This document shows, in pieces, positions 1 through 9,249 of a DNA stretch of 64,000 nt. The stretch comes from Candidatus Thorarchaeota archaeon (GTDB lineage Archaea; Asgardarchaeota; Thorarchaeia; Thorarchaeales; Thorarchaeaceae): assembly GCA_046758445.1 (NCBI GenBank), contig JBHIAE010000006.1, positions 38,397 through 102,396 on the forward strand, read 5' to 3'. A program made the position numbers and the translations under genes. How positions within the stretch are numbered: the first letter of the stretch is position 1; each line of letters opens with the position of its first letter. The notes under the pieces were generated by a model. It had not been told where the DNA came from and ran no database searches. It worked only from the letters and a program-made list of their open reading frames with translations.

Positions 1-24
1 AGGGCACTCAGGGAGGAATGATGC

Positions 25-702
25 ATGGGGAATCCGATAATCCAGCTTGAAGACGTCAACAAGGAGTACGGGCGAGGGAAGAAGACAGTTGCTGCCCTCA
101 GACATATCAATCTCGGAATCGAGCAAGGCGAGTTCGTTGCAGTTCTAGGACCTTCTGGCTGTGGGAAGTCAACTCTTCTTCATGTCATGGCAGGACTCGA
201 GGCACCAACCTCGGGAAGAGTCTTGCTAGATGCTGTGGATGTCACGCTAATTGGTGAGCGGGATCTTCCAAAGGTCAGAGCACAGAAGATTGGTTTCGTC
301 TTCCAGGCCTTTCTACTGATTGAAGACCTCACTGCCTACGAGAACGTAGAAGCAGTACTCTGGCCAAGTGAGGAGATCACCAAAGAGAAACAGGAGCAGA
401 TGACACTCGAAGTTCTGCGTGAGGTAGACATGCTTGAGAGACGCGATCATTTTCCACGACAGATGTCTGGCGGAGAACAGCAGAGAGTTGCCATCGCAAG
501 GGCTCTTGTGAATAGGCCACCGATTTTATTCTGTGACGAACCAACCGGCAACTTGGACTCGAAGACTGGGGATACTGTGATGAGCTACATCGCCGACCTT
601 GCAAGGAGGAAGGGCATGACCGTAGTACTCGTGACTCACAATGAAAGTCTGACCAAGTTTGCAAAACGTGTCCTTCACATGAAGGATGGTGTCATTCGCT
701 AG
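25..702 (+). CDS. ABC transporter ATP-binding protein (LolD/MacB-like)
   Basis: Walker A GPSGCGKS, signature [15 protein letters not shown], Walker [14 protein letters not shown]-loop VTH. Confidence 0.95.
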   Translation: MGNPIIQLEDVNKEYGRGKKTVAALRHINLGIEQGEFVAVLGPSGCGKSTLLHVMAGLEAPTSGRVLLDAVDVTLIGERDLPKVRAQKIGFVFQAFLLIEDLTAYENVEAVLWPSEEITKEKQEQMTLEVLREVDMLERRDHFPRQMSGGEQQRVAIARALVNRPPILFCDEPTGNLDSKTGDTVMSYIADLARRKGMTVVLVTHNESLTKFAKRVLHMKDGVIR

Positions 703-805
703 ACCGGGGCCCCTACGAAGGAGAGCGGCATTCCTCATTGGTAGAACAAACCTTTAGTATCGAGTCCTAACAGAGTTCTCCAGATTCTTCGGAGATTTAG
801 AGGAG

Positions 806-1636
806 ATGCAAAAGTCCGACTGCAGCAGACAGGAGGAACTCGCAGAAGAGAAGGCCTCAGATGGAAAGCATAGAGAGGCGATGGATTCCTTCATGGCTGC
901 GGCCAACTGCTGGAAGAGATGGGAGTATTTCGCAAAGGCCGCTATCTCCCTTGAGCGGGCGTACGAGCATGCAATGCTTGCCCAGGAGTATTCGAAGGCC
1001 GCTGAAGTAATGATAGAGGGAGGCCTCGCATGGATTAAGGAAGGGCAACATGACAAGTTTGAGATTGATTGCCAGATTGCTTCGGAGGCATATATACTGG
1101 CAGCAGAGAAAGAGAAGGACCCCAGATATTTCGTGGAAGGCTCGCTCTGTGCCATAACAGGAGGCGACCTTGAACTAGCAAGACAGCTCATTCAAGCAGC
1201 TGCCGAGATTAGTGAAACGGAATCAAACGATCAGATACTGTTCGTCCTCATGCTGAACGAGTATCGCTTCGGTGATGCAGACTTGTACATTGAAGAAGTT
1301 CTTGTCGAAGCATTGGATGTAAAGGCAATGAAGAGGACAAGACAGCATCTCTATCTAATTCTGACTGGTTTCATACGCACTTCTCTTGAGTCCGAAGCTG
1401 CCGTGACTATCGCTAGTCTCATTGAAAGCACAGGAATGAAGAGAGAGAGGCTTGTCAGACTAATCAGGAGAGGAATTGAAGAGGGGCTGATTCCCGCCTA
1501 TCTTGACTCGGACTCAGAAGAGCTAGTCGTGGATACTGACCGCTATGACATCTCTGCGCTAGCAGAAAGAAAGGGGCCAATAATGAGTCGTGACCTCAAA
1601 GACCCCGGTGCTTGGGACATTGATCTTGAAGAATAG
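806..1636 (+). CDS. Helical-repeat (SNAP/TPR-like) protein with C-terminal PCI-like winged helix
   Basis: N-terminal A..F..AA..W / A....E.A helical repeats; C-terminal VTIASLIESTGMKRERLVRLIRRGIEEGLIPAYLDSDSEELVV fits the PCI pattern. Confidence 0.65.
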   Translation: MQKSDCSRQEELAEEKASDGKHREAMDSFMAAANCWKRWEYFAKAAISLERAYEHAMLAQEYSKAAEVMIEGGLAWIKEGQHDKFEIDCQIASEAYILAAEKEKDPRYFVEGSLCAITGGDLELARQLIQAAAEISETESNDQILFVLMLNEYRFGDADLYIEEVLVEALDVKAMKRTRQHLYLILTGFIRTSLESEAAVTIASLIESTGMKRERLVRLIRRGIEEGLIPAYLDSDSEELVVDTDRYDISALAERKGPIMSRDLKDPGAWDIDLEE

Positions 1637-1822
1637 CGGCAAACTGAAGTAAGAGTCAAGATTCTTGCGGCTTCTTTTACTGTACCAGAACTGGCGAGCT
1701 GAAACGGTGCGAATCTACCACCAGTTGGACCTTTGACCCACGGGATTCCGACTGGAAAACGTTTTTAGTACGATTGCTGAATCTCACAACCTGCCGACTC
1801 TCTCAAGGTAAAGGTGGTCTTG

Positions 1823-2041
1823 ATGGCTGAAAGCCTGAAGTGGTTGCAGTGCCCTGCCTGTAAGAAGACAATCTTCTGGGAGATTCCAGTCAAGGCGCTC
1901 AAGAAAGTCAAACGCTTTCCAGTGGCCGTCATAGTCAAACACCTTGACCACCATGTTGTATGTTATGTGGACAGCCATCAGCAGCTCGCTGACACAGAGG
2001 TGGCTGCTGCATACATAGAGGGCAAAGCCAAAGAAGACTAG
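1823..2041 (+). CDS. Small putative Zn-binding protein (CxxC...H..H)
   Basis: CPAC motif, FP..V..HLDH; AGGTGG SD-like site before ATG 1823. Confidence 0.7.
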   Translation: MAESLKWLQCPACKKTIFWEIPVKALKKVKRFPVAVIVKHLDHHVVCYVDSHQQLADTEVAAAYIEGKAKED

Positions 2042-2050
2042 CTAACGTTC

Positions 2051-2620
2051 TCATTTGATGCCATTGTCCATTGCCCACTCGAGTACTCTAGAGGCTTGAG
2101 CGCTTGCCATGCCCCAGGACTTGAGTTTTGCAACCAGACTGCGTATCCCTGAAACCCAATCAGTCAGCAATTCCTGTATTCTCTTATCCAAGCCCGAGTC
2201 TTCTACCTGTCTGAGGACAGGCAGTAGCTTGTCTACCCACGTTTGTGATAGAACAAGCAGGGTTTCTAGTCGTGCAATCCATTCCTCTCTTGGAAGACCG
2301 GTCAGTGTCTGTGCTACGGCTAGGTGATAATCATATTGTGCCGTCAGGTATCTTAGCCGCCAACTTAGAATCTCAATCAGAAGTGTCCTATAGTCATTAC
2401 TTGGAGCGGTCTTCATGAGAAGAGTCAGAAAGCGTTCACACATCTCATCTGCAGACTGGCTGGCCTCGTAGTAGAGGGCCATTGCTTGCTGAAACTGCTC
2501 AGACTCCAGGAGCTCGTCGGCCTCTTTCACTGCATCCTTGAAACGCTTCAGCAAAGTGCGCGTAGCTCCACTTGCTTTCGTTTCCCGTTTCTTCTTTCGA
2601 CGCGAGCTCACCAGTTTCAC
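2051..2620 (-). CDS. Hypothetical alpha-helical protein
   Basis: 189-aa ORF filling the gap, with amphipathic helical composition. Confidence 0.7.
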   Translation of the reverse strand: MKLVSSRRKKKRETKASGATRTLLKRFKDAVKEADELLESEQFQQAMALYYEASQSADEMCERFLTLLMKTAPSNDYRTLLIEILSWRLRYLTAQYDYHLAVAQTLTGLPREEWIARLETLLVLSQTWVDKLLPVLRQVEDSGLDKRIQELLTDWVSGIRSLVAKLKSWGMASAQASRVLEWAMDNGIK

Positions 2621-2792
2621 CGACTAATCACACTCACTAGGCTTCTAGGACTCCTTTTCACACGATCCGACTCGCGCTTCAAATCCATGGACATAGTGGT
2701 GTGCGATATCCAGATTATCACATTGTCTGGAGTCCACCACAACAGGAACACCCTAAAAGGTGTCTATGATGTCCTCACTTACTAGGGTCAGT

Positions 2793-3788
2793 TTAGTCAG
2801 TGGTATCTGGTCGATCCATTGGGGGGAGATTCCCGGACTTATACTCATCGGTGGCCTTCACCCAGTTCATGAATTCTGCGCCAGGAGGATGCATTGAGTA
2901 CAGTTCCTTCCTCTTGGCCTCCAGACACGATACTTCTACGCCTGCTATCTCGGCCATTGTCTTCAACTCATTTCCGGTCTTACTTGCTTCTGCCATCACC
3001 GGATAGAGCCAGGCTTCCCAGTTGTCCGATCGCATTAAGTGGTGGTCCACAATCAGCAGTGAAACACGAGAGGCCAAGAGCTTGAGGGACGAGAGTGCAG
3101 ACTGCTTCTGCGATTTCCTGAATCGGTTCAAGTACATTGGCGGACCTCCGACAATTGCCACATCAGAGTTCTGGGATAGCATGTATTCCAGTGTGTCTTT
3201 TACTAGTGGACCTTGGACATCTGGAGCAAAGAGTATCCGTGTATCCGAGTGCTCAATTGTTGTCGCAATAACATAGCCAAGACTTGTGTCCACAGGTCCG
3301 TGCGGGAGCGGATGTGAATGGAGTACATTGGTTTCACCAAATGAATACGCCTTTCCGTCTGACCACCTAATCTCCTCAACAACCCCCTTGGTATCCCTTT
3401 CAAAGTAGAATCCCCTTTTCCTCTGAGATGCATTAACATGCTCTCTGTTGTCTTTGGCAAAGACCAGTTTATCTTCAAAGATTCGTTGGAGTTCTTCTCG
3501 TGAGCTTAGATTGTACCGAAAGTCAGTGAATCCAGGACGTACATGATCATAATGGTAGTGTGACACAGACAAGATATCTGAATTCCGGGCCTCGACGAAT
3601 ATGCGTTCTAGACTCTTCATGAGAGCACGATATTCTTGTGGATGTGGCTCTAGACCTCCACGCATTGCCAAGGCGGCCGAGGGGTCCAGCATGATTGTGA
3701 TGTCCGGAGTCGACACTTTGGTACAAAGGGACCGCACCCCAATACTCTCGGCAGCAATAGGGACAACGTCAATCTCGCCGATTCTCAA
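2793..3788 (-). CDS. Metallo-beta-lactamase fold hydrolase (UPF0282-like)
   Basis: AAESIGVRS N-terminus, SHYHYDH, PHG, DVQGP, DHHLMR motifs. Confidence 0.9.
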   Translation of the reverse strand: MRIGEIDVVPIAAESIGVRSLCTKVSTPDITIMLDPSAALAMRGGLEPHPQEYRALMKSLERIFVEARNSDILSVSHYHYDHVRPGFTDFRYNLSSREELQRIFEDKLVFAKDNREHVNASQRKRGFYFERDTKGVVEEIRWSDGKAYSFGETNVLHSHPLPHGPVDTSLGYVIATTIEHSDTRILFAPDVQGPLVKDTLEYMLSQNSDVAIVGGPPMYLNRFRKSQKQSALSSLKLLASRVSLLIVDHHLMRSDNWEAWLYPVMAEASKTGNELKTMAEIAGVEVSCLEAKRKELYSMHPPGAEFMNWVKATDEYKSGNLPPMDRPDTTD

Positions 3789-4279
3789 TCTAAGGCCTTC
3801 CTGTAGTATCTAAGTTTGTAAGTACCATTGTCATGTTCCAGCTCTGCCTCATAAAGCTGTGACGAAACACTTCTTTCTCTGAAGCAGTTGAACATATGCA
3901 AATCAGAGGGAAGGAACTGCTCACTAAGGTCAGTCACCTCTTCGGCAGAGAAGAGCGCTAGCTCGCCTTCTCGGTGATTCCCCTGAAAATCACTTATCTC
4001 CGCTGAACCGACGAAAATCAGAAAATGATTTGAGAGTGCACCATCAACCCCGACAAGTCTCTCAGAAACTATGCCCCTATACTGGTAGCTGTCTACGTGC
4101 TGGGTGCCTGTTTCTTCAATGATCTCTCGAATTGCGGCTTCCCGTACGTGCTCTCCAAGGTTGACCTTGCCACCGATCATGCTCCATAGATTCTCATAAG
4201 GCGGGTTTCTCCGCTTCAGAAACAGGTAGCGGTCGTCACAACGGATGATGGCTATTGCGATTGGAACAAGAGTAGGCAT
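3785..4279 (-). CDS. NUDIX hydrolase
   Basis: Nudix box GGKVNLGEHVREAAIREIIEETG; start moved to ATG 4279. Confidence 0.9.
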   Translation of the reverse strand: MPTLVPIAIAIIRCDDRYLFLKRRNPPYENLWSMIGGKVNLGEHVREAAIREIIEETGTQHVDSYQYRGIVSERLVGVDGALSNHFLIFVGSAEISDFQGNHREGELALFSAEEVTDLSEQFLPSDLHMFNCFRERSVSSQLYEAELEHDNGTYKLRYYRKALD

Positions 4280-4407
4280 GATGGAAACCTCATGATGTTG
4301 ATCAGAACGACGTTGGTCATCTATCAAGCCCTCCTCCCGCTTTAAAGATAGAGTAGAAGCGAACATTCAAAGCAGGCTGGCAAGTCCTTTCTGAATGGGT
4401 ATCGGAC

Positions 4408-5865
4408 GTGAGCAAGATTCTCTCCCACGAAGTCAGAACATCGGTCTTAGCAGAGCTCACTCCAACTGTGAGTGAGATTGAGATGCAGGCGGCTGTCATT
4501 GGCAAACTGAAAGAGGCACTTGAGAATCATGCTGGGTCCGGCGACTTCCCCTATTCCTTCATAGCAGCCCAGGGTTCAACAGGAAAGAAGCAAACCCAGC
4601 TAAGGGGTGCATCCGACCTAGACGTCTTTGTGGCGTTAAAGAAGAGGGATTTCGAAGAGATACTGGAATTGGACGTAAAAAGGAGGACGCAGGCTATTGA
4701 CCAGCTGATGGAAGATATGGTTGACAACTGGTTTGCTCCAGCGCTTGACAGTATTGGGGCGAAATCACTTCAGAAGGCGTTCTCGCAGCACCCATATCTA
4801 TCCCTTGTGATGGACGGTTTCGACGTAGACATTGTATCCTGCTTCGATCTAACTTTCAATGAACTAGCAGAAGATGGACCCATTACTGTGATGGACCGCA
4901 CTATCCATCATACAGAGTATGTTGCGAATCATCTAAACAGCAATCTCAGAGAAGACGTGAGGATGCTCAAATCATTTGTAAGAGCCAGTCACTCCTACGG
5001 AGATACCTGCGCAGTTGGCCGAATGGGATTCACAGGCTATGCGATTGAACTACTTGTCATACTCAAGGGAGGCTTCGACGACGCGTTAGAAGCTCTCCTG
5101 CGACTCGACCTAGAACCTGTCGACCCCTTGGAGCGGAGCCTCAACACTCTTAGGCAGATTCCTACGTTCAAGGATGACCACATCTTCATAATCGATCCGA
5201 CTGATACAAGCAGGAATGTCGCATCTAGCTTCGACGCCAGAGCCTATCGACTTCTCAATGCTCTGGGGAAGCTCGTTGTCGATCTATCGCACAGGGGCGA
5301 TACCAGTCAAGTGATGAACCTTCTCCTTGAGAAGCCAATCCCGAAAACGCCCCTACCGCTCTGGTTCACAAAGCAAGCCCTAGTTCATGAGTTTGTGTCA
5401 GATGGAGAAGTTCATTACACAGTCCTCAGAGACAAGCTTCACAGTCTTGCGAAGAGGATAGTGAGTGAGCTTCAGCGTGAACCCACAGGCGAAGACCGAT
5501 TCGGCGAAGCACTGTCTGAGGTCTACTTCGAGGGCACTAGGTTTGCTGTTGGATTCCTTGTTGAAAAGACAGCCATCTCTGACGATTATGAAAGAAGAGG
5601 ACCACCACTCGACTTACCGATAGCGGTCGATAGTTTTACAGAAGCGCATCCTAACGCGTTTGAGAGAGATGGTCATCTCTGGGTACTGGAACGCAGGAAA
5701 TGGACAAGAGCCAAGAGTCTAGTAGATTCATTGATTGAAGAGAATTCGATAGAGGGACTGTCACCGGTCGCTCTGAGTGATACTTCTGTCAGGCTACAGT
5801 ACGTCATGCAGGAATATGTCCTTGCTGTGGAAAACGAGTTCCCCATCTCGCCTGTGCAAGGGTAG
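4408..5865 (+). CDS. cca: Archaeal CCA-adding enzyme
   Basis: GS...T.L.GASDLDVF nucleotidyltransferase motif, HPY, DRT.HH, VRMLKSF, GFTGYAIELLV, IDPTD..RNVAS. Confidence 0.9.
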   Translation: MSKILSHEVRTSVLAELTPTVSEIEMQAAVIGKLKEALENHAGSGDFPYSFIAAQGSTGKKQTQLRGASDLDVFVALKKRDFEEILELDVKRRTQAIDQLMEDMVDNWFAPALDSIGAKSLQKAFSQHPYLSLVMDGFDVDIVSCFDLTFNELAEDGPITVMDRTIHHTEYVANHLNSNLREDVRMLKSFVRASHSYGDTCAVGRMGFTGYAIELLVILKGGFDDALEALLRLDLEPVDPLERSLNTLRQIPTFKDDHIFIIDPTDTSRNVASSFDARAYRLLNALGKLVVDLSHRGDTSQVMNLLLEKPIPKTPLPLWFTKQALVHEFVSDGEVHYTVLRDKLHSLAKRIVSELQREPTGEDRFGEALSEVYFEGTRFAVGFLVEKTAISDDYERRGPPLDLPIAVDSFTEAHPNAFERDGHLWVLERRKWTRAKSLVDSLIEENSIEGLSPVALSDTSVRLQYVMQEYVLAVENEFPISPVQG

Positions 5866-5902
5866 AAAAGGGAACCGTGCTGCTTCCTGCTCGTGAGCTT
5901 CT

Positions 5903-6976
5903 TTGCCGGCCGACAACATCAAGCTGATCCATCAGCCCACAACTGATAAACACGTCCATCCCTTCCCGAAACCCAATCTAGGAGCTTTTGAAACGCCACT
6001 CAGGATACAGATGGCTTTACGTTACTTGCAGAATGAAGGAGTCTTGAAGAATCTCGTGAAGTCCAGCGCTCCAAAAGCGAAGCTAGAGGAGGCCCTCCAT
6101 GTCCATTCTTCGTATCTAGTTCACACGGTCGAGATAATGTCTGAACTTGGTGGTGGAGAATTGGGAGAGTATGCTTATGCGAGTCCAGACCTGCTTCGTT
6201 CAGTGCTGCACGCTTTGGGGGGAGCTCTGCGGGCAGCGAGTTTGGTGGTGATGGACAAGGCAAAGCATGCATTCGCACTTGTTCGTCCTCCAGGACATCA
6301 CGCTACTTCATCGTCCCCAATGGGACTCTGCTATTTCAATAACGTCGCCGTTGCTGTCAGATCACTGATAAGGAATCATGGAGTCGAGCGCGTTTCCATT
6401 CTGGATATTGATAGCCATCATGGGAACGGCACTGCAGAAATCTTCTACAGTGACCCAAATGTTCAGTATATCTCGGTACACGAGTATGACTATGAGAACT
6501 TCGGGATAGGACATTATGATGAAATTGGGCATGGAGATGGATTGGGCACGAATGTGAATATACCCCTCGTAGAGTCCTCACCAGATATTTCCTATCGTAT
6601 GGCAATTGAACAAGTGATGGCCCCTGCTGTAGAGAATTTCAGACCGGACATTGTGGCAGTATCAGCCGGGTACGACGCACACTATGCAGATCCTGTGGGA
6701 AATATGGATGTCGACTCCAGAACCTTCTGGCTACTTGGAAGTACTGTGGAGAAACTTGTTCAAACATTAGGTCTAAAGGGCTCATTCTGGGTCTTAGAGG
6801 GAGGGTACAATCCCCTTGCTCTGGGACCGTGTGTTCATGGAACTGTTGAGGGTCTCCTGGGCAAACGACAACCCACACTCGATGATCAAACAGAAAGAAA
6901 AGAACACAAGCTACTAATGAACGCAAACAAGCAGGTGATTGAGCAGGTACTAGAAACTCACTCACCCTTTCTTTAA
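5903..6976 (+). CDS. Histone deacetylase family protein
   Basis: RPPGHHA, G.CYFNNVA, DIDSHHGNGT, SAGYDAH..DP, LEGGY. Confidence 0.95.
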   Translation: MPADNIKLIHQPTTDKHVHPFPKPNLGAFETPLRIQMALRYLQNEGVLKNLVKSSAPKAKLEEALHVHSSYLVHTVEIMSELGGGELGEYAYASPDLLRSVLHALGGALRAASLVVMDKAKHAFALVRPPGHHATSSSPMGLCYFNNVAVAVRSLIRNHGVERVSILDIDSHHGNGTAEIFYSDPNVQYISVHEYDYENFGIGHYDEIGHGDGLGTNVNIPLVESSPDISYRMAIEQVMAPAVENFRPDIVAVSAGYDAHYADPVGNMDVDSRTFWLLGSTVEKLVQTLGLKGSFWVLEGGYNPLALGPCVHGTVEGLLGKRQPTLDDQTERKEHKLLMNANKQVIEQVLETHSPFL

Positions 6977-7077
6977 CGCGAATGCAGTCATTTCTCTTAA
7001 CAACACCGCCCTTTATGCACAACGTTTTAAGGCCATAGAACTTGGGCGACTCCAGTACCAGTAGTGGTGAAGAACAA

Positions 7078-7365
7078 GTGGGAAAGAAAAGGAAATCCGG
7101 CGGACGCAGCAAAGGCAGCTCTGGCAAGAGTGGGACAGTGCAGTGCTCGAAGTGCGGCCGTATCGTACCGACTGACAAGGCCAAGAGACACACTAGACGA
7201 GTGTCAGCAGTCGATCCGCAGTTGGCTCGCGAGTTAAGGCAGCAAGGCAGCTTCATACAGACACGTAAAGTCACGCAGTACTACTGCGTTAGTTGTGCCG
7301 TACACTCAGGCAGAGTCCAGATAAGGCAGGCCTCCCAGAGAAGGGACAGGCGAAAGCGTCGTTAA
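7078..7365 (+). CDS. rps26e: 30S ribosomal protein S26e
   Basis: KKRKSGGRSK, VQCSKCGR.VP.DKA, YYCVSCAVH; GTG start after GGTGA SD-like site. Confidence 0.95.
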   Translation: MGKKRKSGGRSKGSSGKSGTVQCSKCGRIVPTDKAKRHTRRVSAVDPQLARELRQQGSFIQTRKVTQYYCVSCAVHSGRVQIRQASQRRDRRKRR

Positions 7366-7439
7366 CATAACTGTAACATGATCGATCTCTTGTACCAACC
7401 GAGTCGTAGAAGCACCCACAACCTTAGTTGGTCCTCCAA

Positions 7440-8048
7440 ATGGTGAATGATGAAGCCATACTGAGGTTCATTCTCGTTCTTCCAAGAATACCTGAAACGG
7501 GACAGTTCAGGCTAAAGGATCTACCAGGGTCAGGAGGAAGGGTGGACATTCTCTGCAGGTCACTTGCGGCTTGTTTTGATTGGGGTCCAGCCACTTGGTC
7601 ACTATCAAGACTTGAACTAGTAGCAGTTGTAGGGGGGAATGTCACGCTACGATTTGAGAGCCCTGACAAGGTGCTTCGAAGAGGCGAAACGCATTGGGCA
7701 CGTGTGATTAGAGGCGTCCTAGAAGGAGAGACGTCGCCAGCAGTTTCTTATGAGAGCAGGAGCCTAGACGAGCTTCTAACGGACATCTTATCCAGTCCGC
7801 ATGAGAAGGTTTGGGCTCTTGAAGAGTCAGGAGAATCTCTAGATCTGCGTACAGACCTAGTCCCTAGAGGAAAGAACAGTTTTATGCTTGGAGACCATCG
7901 AGGCTTCGATTCCACAGCTATTCGGGCAATAGATGACCACAGCATTTATCGTCTGACGCTCGGAAATACTAGCTACCCTACTAGCCATTGCGTAGCCGCG
8001 ATTATCTCACGGTTCGAAGGAATGGTTGATGATGACGCAGGCAGATGA
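7440..8048 (+). CDS. trmY: tRNA (pseudouridine54-N1)-methyltransferase (SPOUT)
   Basis: F.LKDLPGSGGRVDILCR, F.LGDH.G, LG..SY..SHC. Confidence 0.85.
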   Translation: MVNDEAILRFILVLPRIPETGQFRLKDLPGSGGRVDILCRSLAACFDWGPATWSLSRLELVAVVGGNVTLRFESPDKVLRRGETHWARVIRGVLEGETSPAVSYESRSLDELLTDILSSPHEKVWALEESGESLDLRTDLVPRGKNSFMLGDHRGFDSTAIRAIDDHSIYRLTLGNTSYPTSHCVAAIISRFEGMVDDDAGR

Positions 8049-8388
8049 TGACCGATCTTCTAAGGATCCAAAGGCCATGACAAGGCTGGTCAATAAACTC
8101 ACAAAAGAGGTTCTTTGGATATACATACTCCGTCTACTCCAAGAGAGACCCCTTTATGGATATGAAATAAAGGAGCTAGTCACCAAGAGGTTCGGATTCT
8201 CTCCCGCAGTCGTCAGTGGCTATGCTATCATATATCGATTGACAAAGGATGGTCTAATCCAGGGGCAGACGTCCAGTGACTCCACTCGCAAGTATTATGA
8301 GATAACTGAGAAGGGTCGCGAGGCAATGCAGATGGCAAAGCAGTTCCTTTCGACAACCATTTCCAGTGTGTTCGACTTGACAGAATAA
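8029..8388 (+). CDS. PadR family transcriptional regulator
   Basis: ILRLL.ERPLYGYEI, Y..IYRL...GLI, RKYYEITEKGR. Confidence 0.9.
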   Translation: MMTQADDDRSSKDPKAMTRLVNKLTKEVLWIYILRLLQERPLYGYEIKELVTKRFGFSPAVVSGYAIIYRLTKDGLIQGQTSSDSTRKYYEITEKGREAMQMAKQFLSTTISSVFDLTE

Positions 8389-8461
8389 CACTTCCTTATC
8401 GTCATTGTCTGTCAACCAAACACTGCGAGAACCCGATTCGTCATGGTGACTTGGCCACGCT

Positions 8462-9184
8462 TTACCTCTCCGATGCCATGATGACTTTCCGGGCGTATGC
8501 AAGTCTCTGTACGACTGTAATATGTGACAACACACCTACAATCACGATGCAAACAGTGAGCACGTTGGTTACCTGAATGAGTGTGAACCACTCAGCTACC
8601 GAAGACGGGAAGAATGACAGAAAGTCCATCCAGAGGTTGGTTGGGAACAGTGCAAGGAGCAGAATGCCCGCGAACGTCAGGATGAGTTTCTCTTGTCGTT
8701 CTGCAATACCCACACTACAGCTATCCATCCCGCCAACGGACTCGGCCTTTGCTCTTGCGAAGCTTGCCATTATCATCCCAAAAAGCGAGAAGATACCCCA
8801 GGACCAAGGCAGAAATGCGCCACCAGGAGATAGAGGCCACCATGGGACTGATACGACTGTTGTAGGGCCCAGCATTAGCCCAAACAGGAAGAAGAACTCG
8901 GCGTACCTGTCAAGAGTATGATCAAACGTTGCACCAAACTTCGAACCAAGATTCGCGGCTCGGGCCACAGCCCCATCAAACATATCCATTACGACAGTCA
9001 GCAACATAAGTCCGAAGCCCAGTAATAGGTCCCCCAGATAGAAGACATAGGCTGTAAGTATGGCCACGAGAAGTGTCAGGCCGGTTATCATGTTAGGAGT
9101 GATTCCAGTCTTGGCCAAAATGCGTCCGACGGGCATCATTGCCTTTTGATATCTTTCTCGCAATTCGCCAAGCATGAGATTCAC
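8462..9184 (-). CDS. CDP-alcohol phosphatidyltransferase (archaetidylinositol-phosphate synthase-like)
   Basis: TPN.IT, D.FDGAVAR....SKFGATFD..LDRYAE signature, S.ARAKAE, G.AER.E. Confidence 0.9.
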   Translation of the reverse strand: MNLMLGELRERYQKAMMPVGRILAKTGITPNMITGLTLLVAILTAYVFYLGDLLLGFGLMLLTVVMDMFDGAVARAANLGSKFGATFDHTLDRYAEFFFLFGLMLGPTTVVSVPWWPLSPGGAFLPWSWGIFSLFGMIMASFARAKAESVGGMDSCSVGIAERQEKLILTFAGILLLALFPTNLWMDFLSFFPSSVAEWFTLIQVTNVLTVCIVIVGVLSHITVVQRLAYARKVIMASER

Positions 9185-9249
9185 TTTTCCAGGACCCGGG
9201 GTCGGGCTTCGCCCACTTGAATTGCGTTAATAAACGTGTTGTGGGATGC

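Noticed and set aside
1721-1755. Hairpin CCAGTTGGA/TCCGACTGG
   Set aside because: A single stem with no further support; could be chance.
2689-2774. Possible 5S rRNA
   Set aside because: Superficially similar three-way topology, but too short and lacking the conserved loop C (CCGAAC) and helix IV/V.
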